A stretch of 64,000 bases of DNA from Azolla caroliniana (GCA_043228905.1 JBHGNT010000001.1:21142001-21206000), one strand, 5' to 3'. Numbered from the stretch's first letter, positions 12,101-25,297 are shown. Numbers and translations: made by a program. The notes: generated by a model not told the origin, from the letters alone.

Positions 12101-13526
12101 TCTAAGTTGTTCCACTAGGATTTCTATTTTAATATCTCCTCCATTAATGTTGCTAAATTTACATATCCCATTTTCAGAAAACAAGACTTCATTTTCATTA
12201 ATGGGGTGACAACTTTTATTACACTGATTTGGAGACATAGTTGTCCCGGACTATTGTTGTCCCTCTCCCTAATAGCCCGAATTAAAAATCCTCCCTAGAT
12301 TCTTTCCCTAAGAATTGTGAGGTACACGTAAAAATACCTTCTGGCTAGGGTTAAATACACGAGGTTGCCTATTATGATCGGCATAAAAACGCGCTCTATT
12401 AGTGAGCTGTTTTTATATTATCTTGTGCAATACGCAACATATCTTGCATATCCCGAAGAAAGTTTTGCATACTTCGCAACTCATCATGATGTATATTAAC
12501 ATCATTCGGGGTTCGTGGCTGAAAACCATACATCAACATAAAAGGACTATATCCCGTCGACGTATGCTTGGAGTTGTTATAAGCAAACTCCAAAATTGGG
12601 AGATAACGTTCCCATTTTGTTGGTTTTGCACCAATGTATACTCGAAGCATGTCCTCAATAATTTGATTTACTCGTTCTATCTGTCCATTGGATTGAGGAT
12701 GATCCGTGGAACTCATGCTCAATGTAGTTTCTAACTTCTTGAAGACTTGCATCCAGAAGTCACTAGTAAACTTTAGATCTCGGTAACCCATAAAAACGAA
12801 ATAACTCATCAATGAATTGGTAAGCCAATTCAGGAGCTGTTATCGTGGTTTTAGTAGCAATAAATCTGGCCATTTTAGTTAGTCTATCAACCACACCCCA
12901 TATGGCATCATGGCCTTTTGGGTGCGAGGAAGGCTAACAATACAATCCATGGATATACTTTCCCACTTATTATTGGGAATGTCCAAGGGATGTAAAAGTC
13001 TTGCAGCTTTAAATCGCTCAGCTTTGTTAACCTGACATTGGTGACATTTAGTCACATAGCTATGTATGTCGGGGTGCATCTTAGGCCAATAGAATTGAGT
13101 GGAGATGAGAACGAGTGTACGATGTATTCCAGGGTGCCCTACTGAGGGTGCATCATGGCATTCAAAAAGAATTCTCTTTTTGACCTCAGGCAAATCTGGA
13201 ACACAAACCTTCCCATTACGGTAGAGCAGACCGTTAGCAATGTGGAAGTATTCCTTCGAGGATGTGGTGGTATCTGTTCCAGACTCAACTATTGCCCAAT
13301 ATTTTGCAAAATAATTGTTATCAGGATACTTTCCTCGAAGGTGATTATAAAGATCTGATGACATTTCAGTGAAGCTAAGCATGTTAACTTCACGGATGCG
13401 ACTTAGTGCATCAACGACAGTGTTCATGGAACCTTTACGATATTGTATTGAAAAATCAAAGTCTTGGATGAGATCAGCCCATCGTGCCTTACAACCTTTC
13501 AGGTCTTGTTGGTCACAAAAATATTT
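9192..13526 (+). repeat. Copy 2 of the 4335-bp duplication (A pol remnant, MITE, B integrase)
   Basis: Matches 1629-5963 at offset 7563. Confidence 0.95.
9373..9947. mobile_element. Duplicate copy of the hAT-type MITE
   Basis: Same TIRs and flanks as 1810-2384, so it was copied with the segment rather than inserted independently. Confidence 0.8.
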
Positions 13527-15300
13527 CAAGGACCCATGGTCCGTAGTTATCACAAAGCGATTTCCATAAAGATAATGACGTCATGTTTTGAGCGCATGTA
13601 TAACTACAAATAATTACTTTTCTTGAATAGTATACTGACATTGAGCAGAATCAAGTTTCTTACTCTCGAATGCTATTGTTTTACCATCTTGATATAAGAT
13701 AGCACCTATAGCATAATCACTTGCATTGGTTTCAACCTCAAAAGTTTTTGAAGGATCGGGTAAAAGAAGTGAAGGAGCCTTGGATACCAGGTTCTTGGAT
13801 GAGATCAGCCCATCGTGCCTTACAACCTTTCAGGTCTTGTTGGTCACAAAAATATTTCAAGGACCCATGGTCCGTAGTTATCACAAAGCGATTTCCATAA
13901 AGATAATGACGTCATGTTTTGAGCGCATGTATAACTACAAATAATTACTTTTCTTGAATAGTATACTGACATTGAGCAGAATCAAGTTTCTTACTCTCGA
14001 ATGCTATTGTTTTACCATCTTGATATAAGATAGCACCTATAGCATAATCACTTGCATTGGTTTCAACCTCAAAAGTTTTTGAAGGATCGGGTAAAAGAAG
14101 TGAAGGAGCCTTGGATACCAGGTTCTTGGATGAGATCAGCCCATCGTGCCTTACAACCTTTCAGGTCTTGTTGGTCACAAAAATATTTCAAGGACCCATG
14201 GTCCGTAGTTATCACAAAGCGATTTCCATAAAGATAATGACGTCATGTTTTGAGCGCATGTATAACTACAAATAATTACTTTTCTTGAATAGTATACTGA
14301 CATTGAGCAGAATCAAGTTTCTTACTCTCGAATGCTATTGTTTTACCATCTTGATATAAGATAGCACCTACAGCATAATCACTTGCATTGGTTTCAACCT
14401 CAAAAGTTTTTGAAGGATCGGGTAAAAGAAGTGAAGGAGCCTTGGATACCAGGTTCTTGAGTTACTTAAAGGCGAGGTCTAGTGTAGCATTCCAGACAAT
14501 AGGTTTTGTAGACTTACGCGTTTGACCTTTTAGAAGATCAATAAACGACGTCGTCAATTGGGAGTAATTATGACGGGATTTTCGCAAAAGCCCGACAAAA
14601 CCAAGGAATGATCGAACTTCTTGAATGTTCCGAAGAGTGGGCCAAAGCTTGATTTTCTCGATGCGAGAAGGATCAATTTCAACTCCTCGTTTGGTTATGA
14701 GATGTCCAAGATAAGTAATTGATTTCTTGAAGAACTCGCATTTTGAAATCTTCGCATAAAACTGTTTGTCATGCAATGTTTGTAAAACAAAGCGGACATG
14801 TTTAGCATGCTCTTGTAATGTACGGCTATAAACTAAAATATCATCCAAGAAAATAACGACAAATTTTCAAGTTGTTCTCAGAAAATGTCATTCCTTTCTT
14901 GTTGAAATGTAGCCGGAGCATTGGTCAAACCAAAAGGCCTAACCAAAAACTCATAATGTCCATAGCGCGTACGAAATGCTGTTTTAGGAACATCGTCCTC
15001 ACTTATATGAATTTGATGGTAGCTAGTACGGAGATCAAGTTTCGTAAAATACCGAGCTCCTTGGAGACGGTCAATTAGATCATCAGCCAGGGGCAATGGA
15101 TACGAATTCTTGATCGTCACTTTATTCAAGCGTCGGTAATTAATACACATACGCCATGTGCCCTCTTTCTTTTTAACCAAGAGAATTGGTGCACCCCATG
15201 GAGATTTACTATAACGTATATAACCCATTCGTAAATAGTCCTTGAGTTGCTTTGATACCTCATCCTCTTCAGATCGACTCAAGCGATAAGGAGAAAGGCT
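12312..15300 (-). pseudogene. Gypsy B pol remnant (RT-RNase H-integrase)
   Basis: [49 protein letters not shown]; RNase H ETNASDYAIGA; integrase motifs. Confidence 0.9.
13462..14459. repeat. Three tandem copies of a 331-bp unit covering the RNase H domain of B
   Basis: Units start at 13462, 13793 and 14124, with TCTTG microhomology at the junctions. Confidence 0.95.
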
Positions 15301-15554
15301 ATAGTTCGTATCCGAGCTAATGTGCTAATGTTTCTTTTGTTGTCTTTTGTTTTGTTGATTGATGGTAATCGATTGATGTGCGGTCGGCCTTGATCCAGAC
15401 AACGATCAACATAGGAACTTCGGTAACTCTTTCCCTATTTTTATTTTTTTTTCTATTTTTTTTTCTCCCATCTAATCATGTGTATAGTCTATATGTAATT
15501 GTTTTCATTAATTCAATGATGTTGTAGTGGTAATTAATTCGTTGTATAAAACGT

Positions 15555-15820
15555 TTACATATGTGTATGAGGTCAATACCTCATTTGACATATATTTAAT
15601 ATGTGATTAGTGTCGTATGCGTACGAGGTTAATACCTCAATTGCGTATTACGCTCACATACCTATGTTACGTATGCGTATGAGGTCAATACCTTGATTTC
15701 ATTGTAAATGATATGCGTTTGGTGTCGTATGGGTATGAGGTCAATACCTCAATTGCATATTACGATTAACCCTTATTTTTTGATGTTTCATGTGCGTAGA
15801 GGCTACATGCCTCAATTACG
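15555..15820 (+). repeat. Array of five GAGGT-CAAT-ACCTC hairpin motifs with a 56-bp period
   Basis: GAGG cores at 15569, 15625, 15681, 15737 and 15799, with variable spacers. Confidence 0.8.
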
Positions 15821-17012
15821 TGTCTCGATTTCATCATATGTTGGCTATTTGATGTTACGATTTTTTTAATATACACATATGTGGTCACATGTATACGTAT
15901 TTGATCGTATATATGTGACAAAATAAACATATATGTATATTTGATATTATGTTATCTTTATATCGAATGTTTTCCTTCTCGGGGAAAGGATCTTGGTGAT
16001 CGTCCTCACATTTTTGTGAAAATGGCGTTGTCACCATCCCTTTTTCAACAATTTTTTATTGTTGACATTCCCGTTGGTGACTTCGATTTTATTACGTAAA
16101 GAAATGCATGTAGCCACAATGATGTCGAGAACGTAGGGCTTGACCCACATCATGTGAGGTCGCTCCTATGACACACATATCCAACATCCCTCCCTCGTTA
16201 CATGGATACGATGCCACCATGAGATCATTCTTATGAGAGGCATTCGTAATGACGTAACCATGTGGTGGGCCACTTGGGCTTACTACGAAAAGAGGGCTCA
16301 TTTGGCTTGACCATTAGGTTGCACTTTGGCGTATGCCATCGTAATTACGAGATTTGAGGTTAGGTAATGTACGAACATATTTTGTAGTAAACAAGGGGGA
16401 AATAAGGACTCTTGACATATACGTTTCTTTTAAAAAAACATATATGGGCAAATGCCTCGCATATCTCTTATACGCATGAAACATTAAACATTCAAGAAGA
16501 GCAACCTACTTGGTTGGCTCAAGTGTTTAATGCATTTGTTCTCGAGGTCTCGAGTTCAAATATAACCAAGATCATACAACAATATCGTTGATACATATGA
16601 CTATAACACATGTCTAGACTTGAGGTCTAAGTGCACTTCGGGGTCCTCGTAATAGGACTTAAAGAACCGAAACCACATATGTGGGCACAAAAATATAGTT
16701 TATTGTTAACATTTTTTTCGTGTATAAACTACTCATGACGCGAACATACATGATTGAGCCTCGGGGAGCCGCCATGAAAAAATCAATATAGAGATCAGGG
16801 AAAGACATTTATTTGTCACTCCCATGGTTTTTAAAACACCTTTGTGTTACCGTAGTAACCTGATCTTGAACCTCATCTCATATGTCTAGAGGGGTATTGA
16901 CGTGAGATCATGATATCGATTAATGTTTGCCCATGATATGTTTGCATCACGACATGATGTTATGACTATTTTTCTGACCTTATCCTATTTCTTTGTCAGA
17001 AATAATCATTTA

Positions 17013-18293
17013 ATGGCTCAAAATAACGACCCGATGTCATCTGCTCAAGCGGAAGGAACTCAAGGAAATCCTCCTGGACAAATGTCCATTGAGATGTAGT
17101 TTTCGTAAATAACCCAATACCTTAGTTTCACCGCTCAATAGATGACTGGACTTCGGCAATCTCAAAGTGCTCTCGAGGCACGTGTCATTAGTTTACAACG
17201 TGAGACTAATAGACCTGATGAGCGACATGGTGAACCATCGTTTGTTGTTAAGCCATTTACGAGAGAAAAAAAGGAAAGAATCGAAGAAGCAATTTGCATG
17301 TGGCTGGGCTGATGGGAGTCTCATTTTGAGCTCTATCCCACGCCAGATAGTACGAAGATTGCATATGTCAGCCGAGAACTAGGGGGTAAGGCCACCGCCC
17401 AGTGGCGTGGGCTCCGTACTTTGGGGAAATTGCCCGATACCTGGACAGATTTTGCCACAGTTTTCAAGGGCCAATTTCGACAACCTCCCTCTCGAACCGA
17501 GGCAGCACAAGCTTTAATGAACCTCTCTAGCAGGAAGTTTTCCTCGCTAGAAGACTATGTCCACCATCCTAGAACCCAAATCCAAAAATCGGGTCTAGAA
17601 GGGGACAATTGGTTAATAGCTTGTTTTGTCAATGGCATCCCCAATTCGGACTATCACTGGATAGTGCACGATAAGGATCCAAAACCCTTTGAAGAGGCCG
17701 TTGAAATAGTTCTTCGCTATCAACGCACTTCGAAGGACCACAACAAACCCAACGAAGCGCCTAGCACTAAGCAATCGCAATTTTCTGGGAAACACAAGAC
17801 ACCCAATGAATTCATGGATCGCGATTGTAAGCGACAACATCCTTTTTGCGTATTCTGCAAAAAGAAGGGTCATACAAAAGAGCAATGTCGAAAGCTTCAA
17901 CGGAAAGAGCACGACAACAAAGCTAAAGCTACAGACCATAAAGGTCAGATTCCTAATGTCCTTCAGGTCTATACACATCATTTAAATAATTGTCAATGTT
18001 CTTTCCCTCACTATTTATTGGGTCCCAATGATTTACTACGTGCAAACGGGAATCTGAATGGATCTCCTATACAATTTTTATTTGATTCGGGAAGCTCACA
18101 AAACTTTGTGAATGATCATTTGGTTCAGATATGGGGAATCCAACACACAATAAGTGATCACACCTATACAGTGCACTTGGCTGATGGAAGAGTACAATAC
18201 ATCAACGGGGCGATTCTTTCATTAGGAATTTCTATTGATACTTACATAGAGGAAGTAGACTTCCATGTAATGAATCTTTGTAAACGTGGATAA
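17013..18293 (+). pseudogene. Gypsy gag-protease remnant (probably B, inverted relative to its pol)
   Basis: Gag core (WTDFATVFKGQF), zinc knuckle CVFCKKKGHTKEQC, protease LFDSGSSQNFV; stops in the 5' part. Confidence 0.8.
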
Positions 18294-18350
18294 GTGTGAG
18301 GGTTAAACGAGAGTGTAAAGAATACTACGGTAAATTCTCACCAAGGGATA

Positions 18351-19172
18351 TTATATGGTCATGCCCATAACATCTTCCTTTCTAATTTGAGAAATTCTTA
18401 TCTCTCGAAGTATGTCTACAAGTTCATCCATTGTGGCTTCGTCCGTGGGCTGAGCCACTTCAGCATCCCTCGGTCTTTGGGCTTGTGGTTCTTGTCTTGC
18501 GTTATAAGTTTGAGTTGCAATACTCGATCTTGTCTCATTGTCCCATTGTCGACGCTTATCGAACCGCCAACATGCTCTCTTCACTACTGCCCAATCAGAA
18601 ATGAGGCCTTCATCGTTTTCTAGTAGTAGTCCAAGATCTCTTCGATCTTTCTCATCTACTGATTTGATAAATAGGAGCACCTTGCTGGAATCGAGAATCA
18701 TTTTGTCAAGTGCAGGCAGATGATCAAATCTTTGCTCGAACTCGTGGAGCGTCGCACTCGCACTCAACTCTTTGTTAGAAGACTCCACCCAGTCCATTAA
18801 ATCTTTCTTCGTCATTTGAGATGAGTCACCAAACCCATATTCTTCAAGTAAACTTTGTTTCAAAAATGACGATTTAGGAGTGGTCTCTTGTAGCTCTAGG
18901 ACCCGGGAGTAAAGAGTTGAAGTTACAATCCATGAGAAGCTTGTCACTTGTCTTGCCATAGGAATACCCTTTTTCCGCATTTTTGTTTTGTAGGTTTCAA
19001 GGTATCGTGTCACATCTCTACTATCAAAGCATCCGTTGGTATCCACTATCCTATCGATGGCAACGTCAAGGCCTACGACATTGTCCCTCTCCTGAAGCAT
19101 TTGGTCCATCATCCTCGCCATTGCTTGTGCTAGACTATCATTAGAGTCTCTAGCACTCGAAGTTCCGGACAT
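18351..19172 (-). pseudogene. gag of element A (3'-truncated)
   Basis: Starts just after the PBS; FDSRDVTRYL motif; homologous to the gag of D at 40703. Confidence 0.75.
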
Positions 19173-19187
19173 CTCCCTTGCCGTTCT

Positions 19188-19204
19188 TCACTTTGGATTC
19201 ACCA
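19188..19204 (-). promoter_or_regulatory. Primer-binding site of A, degenerate tRNA-Trp type
   Basis: TGGTGAATCCAAAGTGA versus the complement of the plant tRNA-Trp 3' end, TGGTGAACCCGACGTGA. Confidence 0.6.
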
Positions 19205-19210
19205 AATCTG

Positions 19211-19865
19211 TGTCGCGGAAATACGCGCTTGCGGGTCGGTCGAACGGGACCACCGGGGTCTTTGACCAAGGAGGATGAATTGGGTGACTTGTGCTTGTAA
19301 GGAATCGACCGTCGTTGAGGTTTACAATCGGGTCGTTCTTGTTTTCGAAGATGCGTGTGTGGGTTGACTAAGAGAAAGAGAAAGAGAGAGAGTTCTGGGC
19401 CGGAAGAACTAGCGCAAGCAAGAAAATATTAAAGATAGATACGGATGAGAATTCCAATTCTAGGTTTGAACCTTTGACTTCAAAATTGAGGGACAAGACA
19501 CATTTCCAATGAGATAACTAAGATTTATTATTATTATTATTATTGATTCTATATATTGCTTGATTTCCTTTCCCTTCCTTTCCTTCTTATATAGAGGCCC
19601 CCATGCATATGATGCATGGAGGGTGTAAGACATGCATATAATGCATGAAATGCATATAATGCATGATTTCCATTTGGCGCTCATGCATCACATGTGATGC
19701 ATGATGACAATGTCTCTCATTCAAGCTCTCATGTACGAGTTGTTACATGTGAAAAGTACAATGAAGAAATAAACTTTAAAGAAAACAACCTAGCCTAATG
19801 GTATGTCAATTGCCTCCTATCCTCGAGATGTAAGGTTAAAATCCTTACTTGCACCTCATTGTATG
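19211..19865 (-). repeat. 5' LTR of A, left part (continues at 38872-39056)
   Basis: Homologous to 1-447; split by Copia-1 with TSD GTATG. Confidence 0.88.
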
Positions 19866-20374
19866 TGTAAAAAAGAAGGTGCGGAAGGATTAAACAATCA
19901 ACTTAGCCAGATAGCAACAGAGAAAGAGATAGATTAACACACAGAAGGTACACAGAAGAGACAGAGAAAGAGCAGAACAACTTAAATCTATTATGAACAA
20001 CTCTGTAAAAGTGTTTGTTCCTACAACGTGCTCAACAACATTACTTATACAAGTCCTAAGAGGACTGATAGAAGTATGGTGTACTTCAATGCTCACACAA
20101 GCGTCTAACACTAACTATGAGACATTAACTACCTAGTAGTCTAGGTTGCTACTAGGCTTCCGATTAATGCTTGATCCGGCTAACTAGCTCCCCAACTCAC
20201 TGGCTCACTTACTCACCGGCTCACCGACCCAGCTCATCCTTCTGGATGCCGATCTAGATCCAGTTGAGCTTGCCTCTCAACACTCCCCCTCAAGCTCAAT
20301 TTGAGGTCGGATTGTAGTGTCAGTCTCCATAGCAGCGGGTCCTTCCACCTGGCTCCTTTTGGCGTCACTCCGCC

Positions 20375-21740
20375 TCACTCGCGCTCCTTGTCCCGTCTAA
20401 TCCCGTTTCCCGTGATCCTTCTGATTGTGCGCACCTCGACCTCCTCAGTCAGCTTGTCTGTTGAACATGCCCAATTCAGCTCCCTCGCTGTTGTGACTTC
20501 GGCGCTTGCCGATTCGCCGATTCCTTCGTGTTGGCGACGACTTCGCTGCCTTTTCATCCTCTTGGCCTTGAATTGATCCGGTTCTTCCGAATCGGTTGTC
20601 TCTGATTCGTTCCAGCTCTTGTCTGAATCGTTCGCTCCCGATTCGTCTTCCGGTTCCAGGCACTTCACCACATTGGACCATGTCCGGGTCTCGGCCTTCT
20701 TCTTCCGGTCGGCTCTATCCTTCTTGACTCTACCGCCACTACCACTTGTTCCGACTTGTTTGGATGTGTCAACTTCCTTTGTCGACTCAGCTCCTTTCTT
20801 CTTCTTGTCTCTCCCTTTGTTGGTTCTTCCCTCACCAGCGCAATCGGCAGCTTCTTTGCCTTTGCCCGTTTCGGTGTCTTTGTTCGTTCTCCCCCTCGAG
20901 TGTGGCACGTCGAGATGTTGAACACCAAGCATTTCGGTGAAGTGTTGCAACTTGTCCGATCCGAGCAGTTTGGTGAAGATGTCGGCAACTTGCCGATCCG
21001 TATGAACATACCGAAGTTCAACTTCACCACTCAGGACACGCTCACGCACGAAGTGGTAGTGCACTTCTATGTGCTTTGTCCGAGCATGGAATATAGGGTT
21101 CTTGGCGAGCTGCATGTTGCTTATGTTGTCGCAGTAGATCAGGATCGGGGTCGGCACCTCGATCCGCAATTCTTGCAGCACTTGCCGAAGCCAAATGGCT
21201 TCACAGGTGGCAACGTTACCGCCCCAATATTCAGCCTCAGTGCTCGAAAGGGCCACTGTTGGCTGCTTTTTGCTGCTCCACGCAACAGTCGCGCTACCGA
21301 GAGAAAACATATAGCCGGAGGTGGATTAGTGATCCGATGCATCGCCGGCCCAGTTGGCATTGGTGTAGCCGACTAGCTCTTCGGTTATACCATCCCGGTA
21401 TAACAGTCCCCGTTCCTTCGTGCCGCTCACATATCGCAAAATTCGATGCGCGCACAGAAGGTGCTTCTACATATATTGGCTGATCAGCCGACCGGATAAC
21501 TTATGTCGGGTCGGGTGATTGTCAAATATATAATGCTTCTGACGATTTTTCGGAACCTCTTCTCATCGAAGGCCGGTCAGGAATCGGGATGGAGCTTCTG
21601 GTTCCGGTCCAGGGGTGTGGAGATCGGTCGGCATTCTATCATACCAAACTAGTATAGCATATTGAACACATAGTATCTTTGTGAGAGCAATATGCCGTCA
21701 GGGGTTCGGATCACCTCGATCCCAAGGAAATAGTGAAGGT
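20375..21740 (-). pseudogene. Copia-1 RT end and RNase H, with an in-frame charged C-terminal extension
   Basis: WSSKKQPTVALSSTEAEY, HARTKHIEVHYHFVRE, ADIFTK. Confidence 0.9.
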
Positions 21741-22295
21741 TGTTACTCCTAAGGGCCGGACAATAACCTAACACAAGGTGTCTACGGAAGACACTTCACC
21801 AAAGGGTGTTACGGTGAGATAGAGTTAGATCGACGATTAATCAGACCTATATCGGTTACTTAAGCAACATATCATGAATCTTAATACACGTGTAAGATAG
21901 GAAGTAATTAGCATAGAATTGTAAATCAATATAGAGAGATAAGACAATAGAGCTTTTATTAATTATCCATCGTCATTTACAATGTAACCAGGCCTTTTTA
22001 TAGATCATTGGCTCTGCATACAAAATGGTGCCAACGGCACACTAATATGAACCGGTCCGGGTTCGGATCGGCATACCGATTCCGGTCCGTCCATTCACTT
22101 CTCAAAATACACTTAATTACTTAATATCCTAATAACAGCTTCCGATATACTTAATTAGTTAATTACTTAATATCCTAATATACTTAATTACTTAATTCCT
22201 GCCCTTTCGCATTCTAGACTGTCCTGCACTCCTTGCTGGCTGGATAACACATGGCACGCCCATGGGACAGTACGTCAAATCCTACTATCCGGTCT

Positions 22296-25200
22296 TCAAT
22301 CCTCATCTAAAATGTCCAGAATGCTCTGATCGAGGGGCTCTAAGGGTTCTTTGGAAGGCTGATCGGACTAATGTTGCTGCTCCTGTGGCTGCTCCATTGG
22401 TTGTGGCCGTTGCTCTGGTTGTTGTGCGGTTGACGGCTCTTCTGGGCGTTGCTCCTTGGATAGCTGTCGTGTGGTCGCCGACTCTTCTGGACGTTGCTCC
22501 TCCGATAACTGCTCACCGGTTTTCGGTGCCGGAGGTTGTTGCGCGGACATTCCTCCCTTGGTTGCTCTTCCTAAGTTAAATTTGGTTGGCTTGTCCCAGC
22601 CTGGTCTCTGTCCGTCCTTTGCTCCGACGATGGCTCTTCATCACTGAGATTGATTGTTGTCGTGCTCTTCGTCACCTCTTGTCGTAGCCTCTCCTTTTCG
22701 TAACTTTCAAGCTGGATTTGGTTATCCACTCGATCATCGTCCAGCTGTGCCACTAGTTGCCGGAGCACCATTATCTGTTCCTCAGCCAATTCATTTTTCA
22801 CGACAGCAAAGTCTTCCTTGTCCAGTTTATAGAACTCATCACCTTTTATTTGCCGGTTTTCCGCGTCCGCCCTCAGCAACTGTAGCTCGGCAGCATGCTT
22901 TGCCCATTTTGACCACCATAATGCTGAGTTGTCTTCAATCAAGAGCTTCGTTCGATTCTCCCATGCATGTACAATGCATCGGATCCGCTCCACCCCCATC
23001 TTTGATTTGTCTTCTGCGGCCTATCGTTCATCTTTCAACTGTTTGATCAGGTTGGCACTTACCACCTCCTGGTCCTTGTAGCGCACCAGTTGATTCTTAT
23101 AGGTTGTCTGCACTCTTTGTAAGACCATGGTGGCACATTCCGTTTCCACCTGATGGTACATCTGGAGTTCTAGGCGTTCCAGTGCCACTTCAGCTCGTAT
23201 GGTTTCCTTCTCAGCCCGTTCTTCCGCTAGTGTCGTCTCTGCCCGTTGCACTTCATTTGGGAGCTCTAACATCTTTTCCTGCTGCAGGTCGTTGTCGGTG
23301 ATGAGCTTCTTCTATTCCGTCTCGACATGTTTATAATCCCGGTGCGGGCGGTCAAAATCTTCTGTTTTTTGCTTCAGCTTCTAATTGATTTGGTGGCGAG
23401 CTCGTTCTTCCCTATCCTTTTGCTGCCGAAGCTCTTCTTTGAGCCTCTCTATCTCTGTTTCTGCCATCCTTCGGAATTTATCCTTCTCTTGCAACACTTT
23501 TTCTTTCTCTTCCTTAAGCCGGTCATAGGCTTGGTGTCCCTTCCGTAGACTTTCTTCTGTTCAGCGGAGGTTGTCAGCAGTCTTCCATTGTTCTCTTTCC
23601 CTGGCCTGTAATGCTTCTTGTGCGGCTAGGTCTTCTTTGAGAACGACAAGCTCTTGTGCTTGCACTGTAATTATATCCAGGTTTATTCCCATCATCGGGG
23701 TCGTATTATTATGTACAGTTGTCGGTGTTTCATTATTCTGTACATGTACCGGAGCCACCCGTTCTTGTTCCTGGGGTCCTATTATTACCATCTTAACCAA
23801 ATCTTCCTTGGCTATACCCAATTCTTGTTCCAAGCTCCGGACCCTTGACCGGGCCTTCTCTAGTTCTCCGATTGTGGCTAGCCACCGGTCCAATTGTGCT
23901 CTCTCCTCTGCCTCCATGTAATGGACCACTCCGGCTATTTGCTCACCGATCCACCGCAGCCATTGGCTGCCGGTGCCTTGTTGCTGTGTCGGCGCGGAGG
24001 GTTGGCCGATTTTTGCGCTTGCTAGTGGCTGATCTTGTCTGGTTGGCAACTCTAGCTCCGGTTCGTTACCACTTGGCAGTTCCGGCTCTGGTTGGTCCTG
24101 GTGTGCCGGTGGTGTAGGCAACTGAATCACCAACACCTGACTCACGGGTCTTGTTATGTTCTGACCCGCGGACGTAGCCGACGGCACAAGGACCTCTATG
24201 ACCGGTTCTGTTTGAACCAGTTCCGCTTCCGCCCTTGGCTCTGGTCCCTCAGTGCGGGGTATTGGCGTCCTATCCTTCTCTCGACCCGATTGCTTCCCGA
24301 CATGGTCTGCAGTGCTCTTCTTCTGGCGCTGCTGGAGGTGCTCGCTGGCCTCCTCCGCCGTTTCCTCCTTCTGAGTCCCAAGATTGATTTTCATTGCCAA
24401 GGGATCTGGCTCCTGTTGACCTGGTCGGTGAAATGTAATCTTTATGGGCCGTGCCGGTGTTGCCTCCTGCGTCTCCACCTAGTTAGGCCGCGCTTTCGCC
24501 GTTTTTTTAGTGTCGGCCTCCTTCCCTTTGGTTGCCTTAGCAGCCAATAGCTGCTGCCGTTTTGAAGCCGTTTTGGAGGTTCCTTTGGTTGACCTTCCCC
24601 GCTTCTTCTTCATGATGGGCTCCACTAGTGGTGCTAACAACGTGAGCCATTGCACCATTGCCAACCATATTTTCCTGCCATCCTTCCCTCTTACCGAGTC
24701 AATGGCCGCGCGCAGTCCGTCGGCGATCAACACCGATTAGTCCACCTGTATACCCTCATATGTCGCCATAATTAATCCAGCTCTGTTCCTAGGCATTGCC
24801 GGGGGTCGAGGGTACACATGGCCAAACTCGTGGAGTACACGAGCAATCTCTTGGAATAAGCCATCCTCACCGCCCAGTGTGCGATATGCCTTGCTGGCCA
24901 GAGAGTACTCACCGAAGTATTTTGTGAGCTGCTCCAGGGTAGGGTTGTCGATGGTGAAGATGTCGCCTTCGGGTAGGCCCGTAAGGGCATGGATGGTCTC
25001 CTCTGTGATTATTTCTGTGTCGATGTCTTTGACAACCCTTTCCGCCTCTTTGTATGGTGGCACCTCCATGATCCTCAAGAATCCTTCCAATCCGTGTTGC
25101 TTTAACCACTTCTTGGCTACCTCAAAGAGCGTCATGCAGTCCATTTCTCCTTTTAAGTCGGTGGTTGCTGGTGAGGTAGGTGCGTTAGGGGGCTCTAGGT

Positions 25201-25297
25201 GTTCGCGTATGATTATCTTTAATCGCCTGTGTGCGTTTGCAATTCTCTGTTTGCGAAATGAGAAGGCCTCCATGCGGTGTAGGTTTTCTTTCTGCAT
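22296..25297 (-). pseudogene. C1 extra ORF downstream of integrase (PMD/transposon-like domain, coiled coil, acidic tail)
   Basis: Fragmented ORFs homologous to 48280-51256 and to 58857-61760. Confidence 0.75.

Noticed and set aside
15555-15820. CRISPR-like repeat/spacer look of the hairpin array
   Set aside because: Eukaryotic transposon context, no cas genes, degenerate repeats, and alternate spacers are related to each other.
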